Source: an uncultured Cardiobacteriales bacterium (GTDB taxonomy: Bacteria; Pseudomonadota; Gammaproteobacteria; CAYWWW01). Taken from it: 64,000 bases of DNA. Position numbers and translations under genes: made by a program. Below are positions 26,485 through 36,580 of the stretch, piece after piece (the first letter of the stretch is position 1; every line of letters begins with the position of its first letter). Location: the NCBI GenBank assembly GCA_964462205.1, contig CAYWWW010000002.1:71223-135222 (forward strand), given 5' to 3'. The notes beneath the pieces were generated by a model. It worked only from the letters and a program-made list of their open reading frames with translations, did not search any database and was not told the origin of the DNA.

Positions 26485-27798
26485 TTATTGTCCAGTACCG
26501 ACTTGTATTTTTATCAAAGCATCTGGCAATAGGTACTTTTCAATGGCTTTGTTGACCTCTGCCTTGGATACCGCATGAATTTTTTCTTGAAATTTTCCGA
26601 TCCTATCCAATTCTAAATCATAAAAAGCGATGCTACCGACCTGGGATAAGATGCTGCGGTTGCTGCTGATTGTTAAAGGAAAGCTATTGATAAGATTTTC
26701 TTTAGCATCGTTAAACTCAGTATCACTGAAACCTTGTTGCCGTAAATTGTCGAGTGTTTCTTGAATAAGCGCTAAGGCTTGCGTGCTTTGTTCCACACGT
26801 GTTTGCAGCCGAATGCTAAAAATACTACCGTCGCGCATTGGAATGATATGGCTGTAAATTCCGTAGGTTAAGCCACGTTCAACCCGCACTTTTTGCATCA
26901 AGCGTGAAGAAAAACCATTGCCACCCAAAAGATGATTGGCAACCAGCAGCGGATAATAATCGGGATGCGTGCGCGGAATAGTGACATAACCTAAAATAAG
27001 ATGTGCTTGTTGGCTAGGGAAGTTAATAATTTGTTGTTTTGGCTCACTTTTAGTTAAGGAAACTTGTGCTGCCGCGCCGCCGTTATCAGCCAAAGCAGTG
27101 CTGACTTTTTCTGACAGTGCTTCGGCTTGTTGATGGCTTAGGTCGCCAACGATCACTAGTTTAGCATTGTGACGATGATAAAAATTCTGATAAAAAGTCT
27201 TTAGGTCTTCAATGGTTAGCGCCATAAGGCTTTTCTCTGTACCTAAGCTGGGTTGACCCAAAGCACTATCAGGAAAAAGTGCTTGATAAAAGGCTTCATT
27301 GGCCAGATAACTGGGGTCTTGTTGTTGATCGCGGTATTGGCTTAATAATTGCTCACGGACCCGCTGCCAGTCCTCTTGGCGAAATTCGGCTTTGCTGATA
27401 ATTTTTAGCCATAAATCAAGCGCTTCATTGAGCGTGTCGCTGTCGCTTAAACTGCGCAAGCGAATGCCTGCGCCCTCTCGACGCGAGGTCAAGGCAATTT
27501 CCGCGCCCAGGCTTTCTAATTTTTCTGCCCAATAGGTTTGCGGCTGACCATCGGCGTATTCATAAAACATGGCGTTGGTGGCATTGGCCAAACCGTTTTT
27601 TTCGCCATCATAAGCACTGCCAGCGGCAAATAATAATTCAATATCCACCATAGCCGGACTTGGACTATAAACCCAATAAACACCTAAGCCGGCTTTAGTT
27701 TGCCAATGGACAATATTTTCCAAGGCATTGCTGGAACTGCTAAAAATGCTTAAAAAAATCAGCGTCAGGAAATAATTTTTGCTGGGAAAAAACTGCAT
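26485..27798 (-). CDS. M16 family peptidase-like protein, partner subunit lacking HxxEH
   Basis: 437 aa with signal peptide; M16-like fold features but no inverted zinc motif; immediately downstream of the HxxEH-containing paralogue. Confidence 0.6.
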   Translation of the reverse strand: MQFFPSKNYFLTLIFLSIFSSSSNALENIVHWQTKAGLGVYWVYSPSPAMVDIELLFAAGSAYDGEKNGLANATNAMFYEYADGQPQTYWAEKLESLGAEIALTSRREGAGIRLRSLSDSDTLNEALDLWLKIISKAEFRQEDWQRVREQLLSQYRDQQQDPSYLANEAFYQALFPDSALGQPSLGTEKSLMALTIEDLKTFYQNFYHRHNAKLVIVGDLSHQQAEALSEKVSTALADNGGAAAQVSLTKSEPKQQIINFPSQQAHLILGYVTIPRTHPDYYPLLVANHLLGGNGFSSRLMQKVRVERGLTYGIYSHIIPMRDGSIFSIRLQTRVEQSTQALALIQETLDNLRQQGFSDTEFNDAKENLINSFPLTISSNRSILSQVGSIAFYDLELDRIGKFQEKIHAVSKAEVNKAIEKYLLPDALIKIQVGTGQ

Positions 27799-27825
27799 AA
27801 AAAATCCTTCAAAAATAATTAAAAT

Positions 27826-29220
27826 TTATTCTGCTTGTGCCAAGGGCATAATTTGACCAACGGTGAGATAACGCTCTTGAAAATATTGCTGAATAACATT
27901 TTTCAAGTCTTCATTGCTCACTTGCGCAATGCCATGATCAAAATAGGCATCGCTGGCTAAGGGCAGGCGCAAAGTGCTGTAATGTGCCAAGGTAAAGCCT
28001 TGATAAAAAATGCTATCCTGTTCATAAATGCGTTTGGCTTTCAAGCGGTTGCGAATGCGCTTAAACTCTTCTTCGCTTAAACCTTGATCAGCGATTTGTT
28101 GTAAGACTTGTTTTAAGGCTTCTTCTAAAGTGCTTAAACTATGACCAGGTTGTGGTTCAGCGGCGAGGATAAATAAGGTTTCTAGTCGTGCATCGGCGCT
28201 ATAACTACTGTCGGCATAGACAGCGATAGCTTGTTGACGAACCAAGGTTTGTGGTAAGCGGCTGCTATCACTGCCGGCCAGCGCTTCATTTAATACAGCC
28301 AAGGCAAAGGCGGGTTTGCCTTTCTCTAAAAAGGCTTCTTGGCTTATTGCCTGTTCTGTAGAAATTTCTTCGGCTAATAAACTTGGTAGCGTTGGCACAG
28401 GATAGGCAAGATATAGCAAATCATTTTGCGTATTGACTTCTAGGTTGATGACTTTCTTGCCAATAGGTTGAGGGTCTTGCTTAGTAGCGGGTTTATTTAA
28501 GGGTCGAGCAGGAATGTCGGAGAAATGCTTTTTGACCAAAGCAACAGCAGCAGCTACATCCACATCACCGGCCAAAACTAAAGTGGCGTTATTAGGTGAA
28601 TACCAAGTGGTAAACCAGTTTTTTACTTGATCAATGCTATAATTTTCAATATCTTGTCTCCAGCCAATAATCGGTTGGCGGTAGGGATTGGTGAAATAGG
28701 CTTGTGCATAAAAATATTCGTTGGCCTTGGCATAAGGATCATCTTCGCTGCGCAAAATACGTTCTTCTAAAACGACTTCTCGCTCACTTAAAAATTCCTT
28801 TTCTTTGAATAAGGGTGCGCGTAATCTATCGGCTTCTAAAGCCAAAATGGTATCGAGATGCTCCTTGGCAAATTTGGCGTAAAAGCCAGTAAAATCACGG
28901 CTGGTAAAAGCATTTTCTTCGCCGCCAAGTTTGGCAATGATGTTTGAGTATTGGCCATCGGGATACTGTGCGCTGCCTTTGAAGAGCATGTGTTCGAGCA
29001 TGTGCGAAATGCCAGTTTCGCCAGCTTTTTCATCGGCAGAACCAACACGATACCAAAGATGACTGACGATAATCGGCGCTTTGCTATTTTTTTGAATGAT
29101 CAAGCGTAAGCCATTGTCTAGGAAAAATTCCTGCGGTGCTTGCGTTTCAGCAAAAAGATTTTGTTGGATAAGAATTTGAAAAATAATTAAAAAAGTTAAG
29201 AATCGCATAATTTTTCTCAC
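27826..29220 (-). CDS. M16 family zinc peptidase (insulinase/pitrilysin-like)
   Basis: 464 aa with signal peptide; inverted zinc-binding motif HMLEH followed by a downstream Glu. Confidence 0.75.
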   Translation of the reverse strand: MRKIMRFLTFLIIFQILIQQNLFAETQAPQEFFLDNGLRLIIQKNSKAPIIVSHLWYRVGSADEKAGETGISHMLEHMLFKGSAQYPDGQYSNIIAKLGGEENAFTSRDFTGFYAKFAKEHLDTILALEADRLRAPLFKEKEFLSEREVVLEERILRSEDDPYAKANEYFYAQAYFTNPYRQPIIGWRQDIENYSIDQVKNWFTTWYSPNNATLVLAGDVDVAAAVALVKKHFSDIPARPLNKPATKQDPQPIGKKVINLEVNTQNDLLYLAYPVPTLPSLLAEEISTEQAISQEAFLEKGKPAFALAVLNEALAGSDSSRLPQTLVRQQAIAVYADSSYSADARLETLFILAAEPQPGHSLSTLEEALKQVLQQIADQGLSEEEFKRIRNRLKAKRIYEQDSIFYQGFTLAHYSTLRLPLASDAYFDHGIAQVSNEDLKNVIQQYFQERYLTVGQIMPLAQAE

Positions 29221-29402
29221 AAGTTGAAGAAAATAACAAAGCGCATAAACGCTGTGAACTGTCGAAGGGTAAATGCTGACTTAACATTTTGTCCAGACGG
29301 CGATTTATCGGGTTTCTTAATTTTTATCAAAAACTGCTTGGCTTTTTTTGGCATTTTATAACGCTTTTTGACAACCACTTTTAATCTATTTTTGGACAAG
29401 CA

Positions 29403-29612
29403 ATGGAAACTTTACAAACGCCTTTTGATCAAATTATTGAAATTCGTCAAATTATTCATGAAAGTGGCGTGCCTTTGCTGCGCTTGATTTTACGGGATGG
29501 ACAACGTTATCAATTGCTGGATTTGGATGTTGCTACGGCACATGCTTTGGGAAAAACGATCAAGATTTGGGCAGAGAAAACGGCGGCAAGTTTTAACCAG
29601 GAAAATTCCTAG
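29403..29612 (+). CDS. hypothetical small protein
   Basis: 69-aa ORF with ATG; weak ribosome-binding site; no recognised motif. Confidence 0.3.
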   Translation: METLQTPFDQIIEIRQIIHESGVPLLRLILRDGQRYQLLDLDVATAHALGKTIKIWAEKTAASFNQENS

Positions 29613-29672
29613 AAAAAACTTGCGCTTGGCTTCTCTTTAATTAGAAAATCTATATGAAGTAAATAATGTGTA

Positions 29673-30008
29673 CTAGAGGATCAGCGCATCTATTTTGGCG
29701 GCACAGATAAAATCATTTTCTGATAAGCCATTGATAGCGTGAGTGGTATAGGTTACTTGGCAAGTGTTATAACCAATGTGGAGGTCGGGATGATGATCTT
29801 CCTGATGCGAAACAAAGGCGATGGCATTAACCAACGCCATGATTTCATAGTGATTGCGGGCGCGAAAGCTGCGTGTTATCTGTGTGTAATTGCTGCTTAG
29901 TTGCCAATCGCTATGAATTTCGCTGCGCAGTTGGCTGATGGTGTCTTTCGTTAATGCAGGCATCCCACCTTCGCAGGCTTGGCAATGTTTTTGACGTAAA
30001 TCGCTCAT
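29673..30008 (-). CDS. phhB: pterin-4a-carbinolamine dehydratase
   Basis: 111 aa; signature EDHHPDLHIGYNTCQVTYTTHAINGLSENDF matches the PCD/DCoH motif; similar to Pseudomonas PhhB as recalled. Confidence 0.8.
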   Translation of the reverse strand: MSDLRQKHCQACEGGMPALTKDTISQLRSEIHSDWQLSSNYTQITRSFRARNHYEIMALVNAIAFVSHQEDHHPDLHIGYNTCQVTYTTHAINGLSENDFICAAKIDALIL

Positions 30009-30336
30009 GGTGTCCCCAAAATTCCCTCGTTATCAGCGAATTGGAAATAGCCAGCATTGAGATAATCAGTGACAGCAAGTACGTCTTCATCAAAATATTG
30101 CAAACCAAAGTGGACTTCGCAGGCTTGTACCATGTTTTTGAGTTTGCTTAGGTTGGTGGAGATACGTTCGGGTCGTTCATAAAGCAAAGCGCTTTTGAGC
30201 TTGAAAATTTTTGGACATGACAAGCGCTACAATCTTGTAAATAAAGTGTTTCTCCGGCAATTTGTCTGTCGCTGAATGGCGTAGCAAGAGCGGTAGTTGT
30301 GGCAAGAAAACCTAGTATTATCAATAAAAAAGGCAT
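30005..30336 (-). pseudogene. class I c-type cytochrome gene interrupted by a frameshift in an A5T4 homopolymer (or a sequencing error)
   Basis: GGAGG then ATG at 30336; signal peptide MPFLLIILGFLATTTALA; heme motif CSACH; frame stops at 30148 while the -1 frame continues to 30005 with a cytochrome-like C-terminus (KNMVQA..FDEDVLAVTDYL); run at about 30204..30212; stop overlaps the phhB start (ATGA). Confidence 0.5.
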
Positions 30337-30460
30337 TTTTCCTCCAAAATTGTTGAACCTTGAGCAGAAGCCAACCATACTGCGCATATTTTTTTGCTGC
30401 AACCTTAAAGCTGTGGCTGATAACGGTTTATTGCAGATAAATTTTTTCTAAATCAAAGTA

Positions 30461-31039
30461 ATGGAGAATTTTTTTGTGGAGAGAGTGAAAGATCGCTTGG
30501 TTTGGCTTGATTTGGAAATGACCGGTTTAGATACTTTTAATGATCAAATTATTGAAATTGCTACGATAGTTACCGATGCCGAATTAAATATTTTAGCCGA
30601 AGGTCCGGTTTTAGTCATTTATCAGGCTGAGGCGATCTTGGCGGCCATGGATGATTGGAATCAAAAGCAACACAGCGGCTCGGGTCTCCTGACACGGGTG
30701 CGTGCAAGTGGCCTCTCTTGTGCCGAGGCCGAGCAGCAAACTTTGGCTTTTCTCAAACGCTGGTTGCCGGCAAAAGCCTCGCCGATGTGCGGCAATAGTA
30801 TCTGCCAGGATCGACGATTTTTGGCGCGGTTAATGCCGGAGCTTGAAGATTTTTTTCATTATCGGAATTTAGATGTCAGTACGATAAAAGAGTTGGTCTT
30901 ACGGTGGTATCCTGAAGGGACTGCTAAATTTCAGAAAAAAAGCAGTCACTTGGCTTTGGATGATGTTCGGGATTCCATCGCCGAATTAAAGTTTTATCGC
31001 GAACATTTTTTTGTCTCGGCTAAGTCGTTTTTTTCATAA
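30461..31039 (+). CDS. orn: oligoribonuclease
   Basis: 192 aa; [32 protein letters not shown] and [14 protein letters not shown] parallel E. coli Orn as recalled. Confidence 0.9.
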   Translation: MENFFVERVKDRLVWLDLEMTGLDTFNDQIIEIATIVTDAELNILAEGPVLVIYQAEAILAAMDDWNQKQHSGSGLLTRVRASGLSCAEAEQQTLAFLKRWLPAKASPMCGNSICQDRRFLARLMPELEDFFHYRNLDVSTIKELVLRWYPEGTAKFQKKSSHLALDDVRDSIAELKFYREHFFVSAKSFFS

Positions 31040-31062
31040 AAACTACTCATAGCAGATAATTC

Positions 31063-31097
31063 GCACATCCTGATGTATTCAGAATGTGCTTTTTTTA
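31063..31097 (+). terminator. intrinsic terminator after orn
   Basis: stem GCACAT(CCTGA)/(TCAGA)ATGTGC followed by T7. Confidence 0.7.
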
Positions 31098-31155
31098 GCT
31101 TTTGATCTTATTGAAGATAAGTTAAAGACGAAGATTAAATAACTGTCGAAAAAAG

Positions 31156-33186
31156 TTATTCAGCGCCGTCCTCTTCCCCTTTGCTACGCTGGACGCTCGG
31201 ACGGTATTTGCGCCGTCGCAAGGGATAACGGCTGTTGCGTTTGCTATCCTCGTTGTCGTTATTCGCAGTCAACTTGGGGCGAATAATCACCGGTGCTTTA
31301 TCAGTTTTTTCGAGTTCGCTGGGATTTTTTTCGTTGGCTTTGTCTTGCTTTTCCAAAGCCTTGCCAGTTTTTTCTGCTGCTGGCGTTTTTTTGCTACCCG
31401 GCAACTGGACAGTTGGCGCTTGGCGTGGGGTGTCACTGAACTGATTTTTTGGCGTTGCTGGACTCGGCGTTGCTTCTACGACCTGTGCTATGGCCGTGGC
31501 TTGGCTTTTTTTCAGTGGTCGCGCAAACCATCTTAGCCAAAAACCTGACCAAAACCCGTAAGTTGCTTTGCTATCCTCTGTATCATTGGCGACGCTGGCC
31601 GTCTCTGCTGCTGGTTTTATGGCGAACAAACCTGGGTTGCTGGTCTGCGAGATATAGGCTTTATTTGGTTGTTGTTCTTTTAACCATTCGTAACTCCCCT
31701 TGCCTTCTGGTGCCGCGCTTACTACAACATCTTTGCTATCAATGTTTTGCAGATGTGGGTTGGGAATAACCAATAACTGTGTCTGGTAAAAACTTTCAAA
31801 TTCTTGAATAGTATGTCTTTTTTCATTCAAGAGATAAGTTGCAACATCCAGAGGTACTTGCGCGGTGATTTTGCCAGGCTTGCTTTCCGACTGCATCGCC
31901 AATTCATGACAGAGACGCAACACATAATCGGCAGAAGATGGCGTGCTGCGCACCCGACCAGAACCGCCACAGCGTGGACAAACAATTTGACTGGTTTCCC
32001 CCAAAGACGGTTGCAAGCGCTGGCGTGACATTTCCAGTAAACCAAAGCGGGAAATGCGACCGACTTGGACGCGGGCACGGTCTTGATACAGCGCTTCTTT
32101 GAGGCGATTTTCGACTTCGCGCTGGTGGCGATTGTCGCTCATATCAATAAAATCAATAACAATCAAGCCGCCAATATCGCGCAAGCGCAGTTGACGGGCG
32201 ATTTCATCTGCCGCTTCCAAGTTGGTATTTAAGGCAGTTTCTTCGATGTCGTTGCCGGCGGTGGCGCGGGCGGAGTTGATGTCAATGGCTACCAAGGCTT
32301 CGGTGTAATCCACGACAATCGAGCCGCCAGACGGCAGTTGAATTTCATGTTGATAGGCGGTTTCAATTTGATTTTCAACGCGAAATTGATTGAATAGCGG
32401 AATTTCCGACTCATAAAAATGCAGTTTTTCGACGCTGTGCGGCATCATGGTCTGCATAAAAGTTTTTGCTTCGGCAAAGCGCTCTGGTTCATCAATAAGA
32501 ATTTCGTCAATATCAGGCCGTAAATAATCGCGTAAGGCGCGAATAATCAGTTTGCTTTCTTGATGAATCAGTGCGGGTTTGCGCGACGGTTTCTGATAAG
32601 CCTCTTCAATGCTTTGCCAAACTTTCAATAAATAATCTAAATCCCATTGGAGCTCTTGTTGATTGCGGCCTACGCCGGCGGTGCGCACGATAATCCCCAT
32701 GCCCTCGGGGATGATAAGGCTCCCCATGATTTCCTTCATGGCTTGGCGGTCTTCGCCTTCGATGCGCCGCGACACGCCACCAGCGCGGGGATTATTCGGC
32801 ATCAATACCAGATAACGTCCAGCCAAACTGACATAAGTCGTCAGCGCAGCACCTTTGTTACCGCGTTCTTCTTTTTCAATTTGAACAATGACTTGCTGAC
32901 CTTCGCTGAGGCTGTCTTTGATCTGGCCACGGACGATATTGCCTTCCCCCTGCAAAAAATTACGGGCGATTTCTTTAAAAGGCAAAAAACCATGGCGTTC
33001 ACCACCATAATCCACAAACGCCGCTTCTAAGCTCGGTTCGATACGGGTGATGGTGCCTTTGTAAATATTGGCTTTTTTTTGTTCTCGACTTAACAGTTCG
33101 GTGTCGAAATCGTAGAGTTTGTCGCCATCCATGATTGCAACCCGAAGTTCTTCGGGATGGGTGGCATTGATTAACATCCGTTTCAT
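31156..33186 (-). CDS. rne: ribonuclease E (short-tail form)
   Basis: 676 aa; N-terminal S1 and catalytic region (MKRMLINAT..); Zn-link motif [10 protein letters not shown]; Arg/Lys-rich C-terminal tail; divergent from rluC as in E. coli. Confidence 0.85.
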   Translation of the reverse strand: MKRMLINATHPEELRVAIMDGDKLYDFDTELLSREQKKANIYKGTITRIEPSLEAAFVDYGGERHGFLPFKEIARNFLQGEGNIVRGQIKDSLSEGQQVIVQIEKEERGNKGAALTTYVSLAGRYLVLMPNNPRAGGVSRRIEGEDRQAMKEIMGSLIIPEGMGIIVRTAGVGRNQQELQWDLDYLLKVWQSIEEAYQKPSRKPALIHQESKLIIRALRDYLRPDIDEILIDEPERFAEAKTFMQTMMPHSVEKLHFYESEIPLFNQFRVENQIETAYQHEIQLPSGGSIVVDYTEALVAIDINSARATAGNDIEETALNTNLEAADEIARQLRLRDIGGLIVIDFIDMSDNRHQREVENRLKEALYQDRARVQVGRISRFGLLEMSRQRLQPSLGETSQIVCPRCGGSGRVRSTPSSADYVLRLCHELAMQSESKPGKITAQVPLDVATYLLNEKRHTIQEFESFYQTQLLVIPNPHLQNIDSKDVVVSAAPEGKGSYEWLKEQQPNKAYISQTSNPGLFAIKPAAETASVANDTEDSKATYGFWSGFWLRWFARPLKKSQATAIAQVVEATPSPATPKNQFSDTPRQAPTVQLPGSKKTPAAEKTGKALEKQDKANEKNPSELEKTDKAPVIIRPKLTANNDNEDSKRNSRYPLRRRKYRPSVQRSKGEEDGAE

Positions 33187-33634
33187 AAAAAATCAGGTAC
33201 TCGTGAAAAAGGTTGAGAAAAGCGTTGCATGATAATTGGCAAAATAACGCGACCGGTGCAACGAAAAAAAGCGGCATTGGGATGCTTGGCAGGCGGCCAA
33301 GCCAGAATCCCGAGGCGCTGAATCGTACAAATCTTGATAGAAAGAGAGGTCTCTGACCGGGCAGACAGAATTGGTTAGACAGGACTTTTATGCGGCAGAA
33401 AAAAGCCCGATGACAGAAAAAAGTCAATACACGCCAGCCTATGCTTGAACGGCAGTGCGCTGCCAAAGCATATAGCAGCCATGCTATGCTCGCGTTTTTG
33501 ACAGTGGCGGATGTTTTATGGTGTGCATTATTGATAGATAAACCCAGCAGCCATAAAAACCATAAGTTGGTATTTTTATCAAACATTATCAATAGCTTGT
33601 TGAAGTTTGGTAAAGAGCATCCCTGGCTGTCGAG
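33187..33634 (-). promoter_or_regulatory. rne promoter and long 5-prime leader region (shared divergent region with rluC)
   Basis: 448-bp non-coding gap upstream of rne; E. coli rne has a long structured autoregulatory leader; contains one copy of the AGCATCCCAATGCC motif. Confidence 0.4.
33274..33287 (-). repeat. conserved motif AGCATCCCAATGCC, copy in the rne leader
   Basis: minus-strand reading gives GCCAAGCATCCCAATGCCG; other copies at 39262..39275 and 45908..45920 in the same orientation as the downstream gene. Confidence 0.5.
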
Positions 33635-33673
33635 GTGTGGCCTTTCAACTTTTTTCTTTCTGGTTCTCTCTGC

Positions 33674-34699
33674 ATGGTCAAGCCGTTTTCTTTAGAAAAT
33701 AATCTGTTACAAGTTGCTACTGCCTACGCTGGACAGCGTTTGGATAATTTTTTGCTCTCGCGTTTGCCGCTGACGCGCGGGCATTTGTATAAGTTGATCC
33801 GTACCGGTCAGATCCGCGTCAATGGCAGCCGACAAGCGCCATCGGCGAGGTTAGCCAGCGGTGACGCGATTCGTCTGCCGCCTTTTTTATGTCAGCCCAC
33901 CTGCCAAATGCCGCCACCGCTGCTGCCAGAGCGGGCGAGAAGCGCGCTAAAAACCGCCATTATTTTTGAAAATGATGCTTTTATTGTGCTAGATAAACCC
34001 GCCGGCATTCCCGCCCACGCCGGCAGCGGTTTGCAGTATGGCGTGATTGACATTGTAAGACAACAACTGCCCAACTTCCCCGACTTGGCCTTGGTACACC
34101 GCCTTGATCGTGCCACCAGCGGTCTTTTATTGTTGGCTAAAACCCCGACTGTTTTGCGAACGTTGATCGCGCAGTGGCCAAGTGTTGAAAAAACCTACCT
34201 CGGCGTGGTGGATGATCAACACAACTATTGGCAGTCGAATGACCAGCCACCGACACGAGCTTGGCGTGCGGTGACTTTACCGTTATGGCGTGTGCCGCCG
34301 GAACAAGCTGACAAAGCCAAAGGTAAAGTGCTGGTGCATCCCAATGGCAAAACCGCGCAGACCGATTTTTTTTGTCTCGCCAGTGCGTCAAGCAGCGAGC
34401 AACATCGTCCATGGCGCTTGTTGGCAGCACAACTGCACAGCGGTCGGATGCACCAGATTCGCGTTCATGCCGCGGCTTCTGGTTTTCCCTTGGCCGGCGA
34501 TGTCTTATATCATCCCAAGCCGCGCTGGCCTTCGCCGGAATGGACGGGTTTGCTATTACATGCTTGGCAGTTATCGTTTATTTGGGAAGGGGAAAGGCAG
34601 CTTTTTCAGGCAGATCCGCAACATTGGCACAGCGCTTTACCACGGCTGTTTCCTGATTTTTCGCTGAAAAATGCCGAATTGCCAACGGCCAAGCCATAA
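33674..34699 (+). CDS. rluC: 23S rRNA pseudouridine synthase RluC-like
   Basis: start trimmed to the ATG at 33674; S4-like N-terminus and catalytic HRLDRATSGLLLLAK motif; divergent from rne. Confidence 0.75.
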   Translation: MVKPFSLENNLLQVATAYAGQRLDNFLLSRLPLTRGHLYKLIRTGQIRVNGSRQAPSARLASGDAIRLPPFLCQPTCQMPPPLLPERARSALKTAIIFENDAFIVLDKPAGIPAHAGSGLQYGVIDIVRQQLPNFPDLALVHRLDRATSGLLLLAKTPTVLRTLIAQWPSVEKTYLGVVDDQHNYWQSNDQPPTRAWRAVTLPLWRVPPEQADKAKGKVLVHPNGKTAQTDFFCLASASSSEQHRPWRLLAAQLHSGRMHQIRVHAAASGFPLAGDVLYHPKPRWPSPEWTGLLLHAWQLSFIWEGERQLFQADPQHWHSALPRLFPDFSLKNAELPTAKP

Positions 34700-34713
34700 A
34701 ATTTATTATTGTC

Positions 34714-35442
34714 ATGTCATCTCCTGATTTTAAAACGCTGACTTCTAAAGATTTTCCAGAAAATTTCGATAAAATAAGGCATTGTGAATTGCTTATTTTC
34801 GATTGGGATGGCACCTTGGCCAATTCCACTGACCGCATTATTGATGCCATGCAGCGTGCCGCGGTTGCTTGCCATTTGCCGCCGCCAAGTGCCTCGGCGG
34901 TTGCGGCGATCATCGGTTTGGCTTTGCCGGAAGCCTTAGCGCAACTTTTTCCCGCTGCCACTACCACCACTTTGGCTTGTTTAAGTGCTGGTTATCGCCA
35001 ATGGTTTTTATACGACAGTTCCGTCCCTGATGATTTATTCCCAGGTGTTGCGCACTTGCTACAGGACTTACAGCAAGCGGGTTTTTTATTGGCCGTAGCC
35101 ACTGGCAAAAGCCGTCTTGGCTTAAATCGCAGTTTGCGCAAGCAGCAGGTGGCTTCTTATTTTGTCTATAGCCGCTGTGCCGATGAAAGTGCCTCAAAAC
35201 CTAATCCGCTGATGTTAAAACAAATTTTAGCAGCTTGTGCCTTGCCGCCAACGGCAAGCTGTTTGGTCGGCGACAGTGTTTTTGATATACAGATGGCGCA
35301 AACCTTGGCGATAACCACGCAGGCGGTCGGTTTTGGTGCCGGGCATCCCGATGCCTTGCAAGCCTTGTCGCCGGATTATTATTTTTCTACCCCGGAAGCC
35401 TGGATTGCTTTTTGGCGGAATGTTTTAAGCGAATTTTTTTAA
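34714..35442 (+). CDS. HAD-superfamily hydrolase
   Basis: motif I LLIFDWDGTL; 242 aa; same position as the HAD hydrolase after rluC in Pseudomonas-type synteny (from memory). Confidence 0.7.
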   Translation: MSSPDFKTLTSKDFPENFDKIRHCELLIFDWDGTLANSTDRIIDAMQRAAVACHLPPPSASAVAAIIGLALPEALAQLFPAATTTTLACLSAGYRQWFLYDSSVPDDLFPGVAHLLQDLQQAGFLLAVATGKSRLGLNRSLRKQQVASYFVYSRCADESASKPNPLMLKQILAACALPPTASCLVGDSVFDIQMAQTLAITTQAVGFGAGHPDALQALSPDYYFSTPEAWIAFWRNVLSEFF

Positions 35443-35545
35443 TTTTTTATAAGTAAAATTTTAATTTTTTTGAATATAAGTTAAGATATTGCTTAAACTT
35501 GGAACCTCTTATTTAACCCTTGATTTTTAACCTTAGTGAACCCTT

Positions 35546-36517
35546 ATGGAACCTAATCAGACGACGAGCAGTGCTGATACGTCAGTCAAAGCTTTTGAAA
35601 CCAACACCTGGTCTTTGGCGCTACTCGAAAAAATGCTTTTTGCCAGTATCGAAGAACAACGTCGCGCCCGTCGCTGGCGGATTTTTTTGCAACTTTTAAC
35701 CCTATCCTATCTTTTGCTGGTGTTGTTTTTGGTCTTAGACATTGAGATGCCGAAAGATTTTGCTATCAGCGAAGGTCACACCGCCCGCATTGACATTGAA
35801 GGCACTATCAGCGACGGCGGCGATACCGATGCTTTGCGGGTCAATCGCGCTTTGCAGGCAGCTTTTGAAGACCCGGATACCAAGGGGGTAGTGTTATACG
35901 CCAATAGCCCTGGCGGTAGCCCGGTGCAGTCGGGGATGATTTATCGGGAAATTCTTAAATTAAAACAAGAGCATCCTGAGACAAAAGTCTATGCCGTGAT
36001 AAGCGATCTTTGTGCCTCTGGCTGTTATTATATTGCGGCGGCAGCCGATAAAATTTATGCCGACCCGGCGAGTTTAGTCGGTTCGATTGGTGTGCGTTTT
36101 GATAGCTTTGGTTTTGTTGATTTATTGGAGAAAATCGGCGTTGAGCGGCGCTTAGTGACTGCGGGTGAAAATAAAGGCATGTTAGACCCTTTTTTACCGA
36201 TTGACCCGCTGCAAAAAGCGCATGTTGAAAATTTATTAGCCGATATCCATCAACAATTTATCAAAGCCGTACAAGATGGACGGGGTGAACGCTTGGCCGA
36301 CGACGAGAAAATTTTTTCCGGCTTAATCTGGACCGGCGACAGCGCCATTGCCCTTGGCTTAGTGGATGAACTGGCGGACTTGTCTTATGTCGCCAAAACG
36401 GTGATCGGTGCGGAAACCATTGTGCGTTATGGCCAAAAGCGACCCTTGGATGATGTTTTTGCTTCAATAACGCAGGCTTTTTGGCGTAATATGGCCAAGG
36501 CTTTTACCTTGTATTGA
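35546..36517 (+). CDS. sppA: signal peptide peptidase SppA (S49 family, 36K type)
   Basis: N-terminal TM segment; S49 core (VVLYANSPGGSPV.., SDLCASGCYYIA, GSIGV). Confidence 0.7.
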   Translation: MEPNQTTSSADTSVKAFETNTWSLALLEKMLFASIEEQRRARRWRIFLQLLTLSYLLLVLFLVLDIEMPKDFAISEGHTARIDIEGTISDGGDTDALRVNRALQAAFEDPDTKGVVLYANSPGGSPVQSGMIYREILKLKQEHPETKVYAVISDLCASGCYYIAAAADKIYADPASLVGSIGVRFDSFGFVDLLEKIGVERRLVTAGENKGMLDPFLPIDPLQKAHVENLLADIHQQFIKAVQDGRGERLADDEKIFSGLIWTGDSAIALGLVDELADLSYVAKTVIGAETIVRYGQKRPLDDVFASITQAFWRNMAKAFTLY

Positions 36518-36580
36518 GCGCAAATTTTTTGCTTTGCGCGATCCTTTAACCTTTTTTGGTAACCTTTTTGGGAGTAAATC

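Noticed and set aside
32999-33592. 197-aa minus-strand ORF overlapping the 5-prime end of rne and the rne leader
   Set aside because: Out of frame with rne; low-complexity Arg/His-rich translation; explained by the rne coding sequence and leader.
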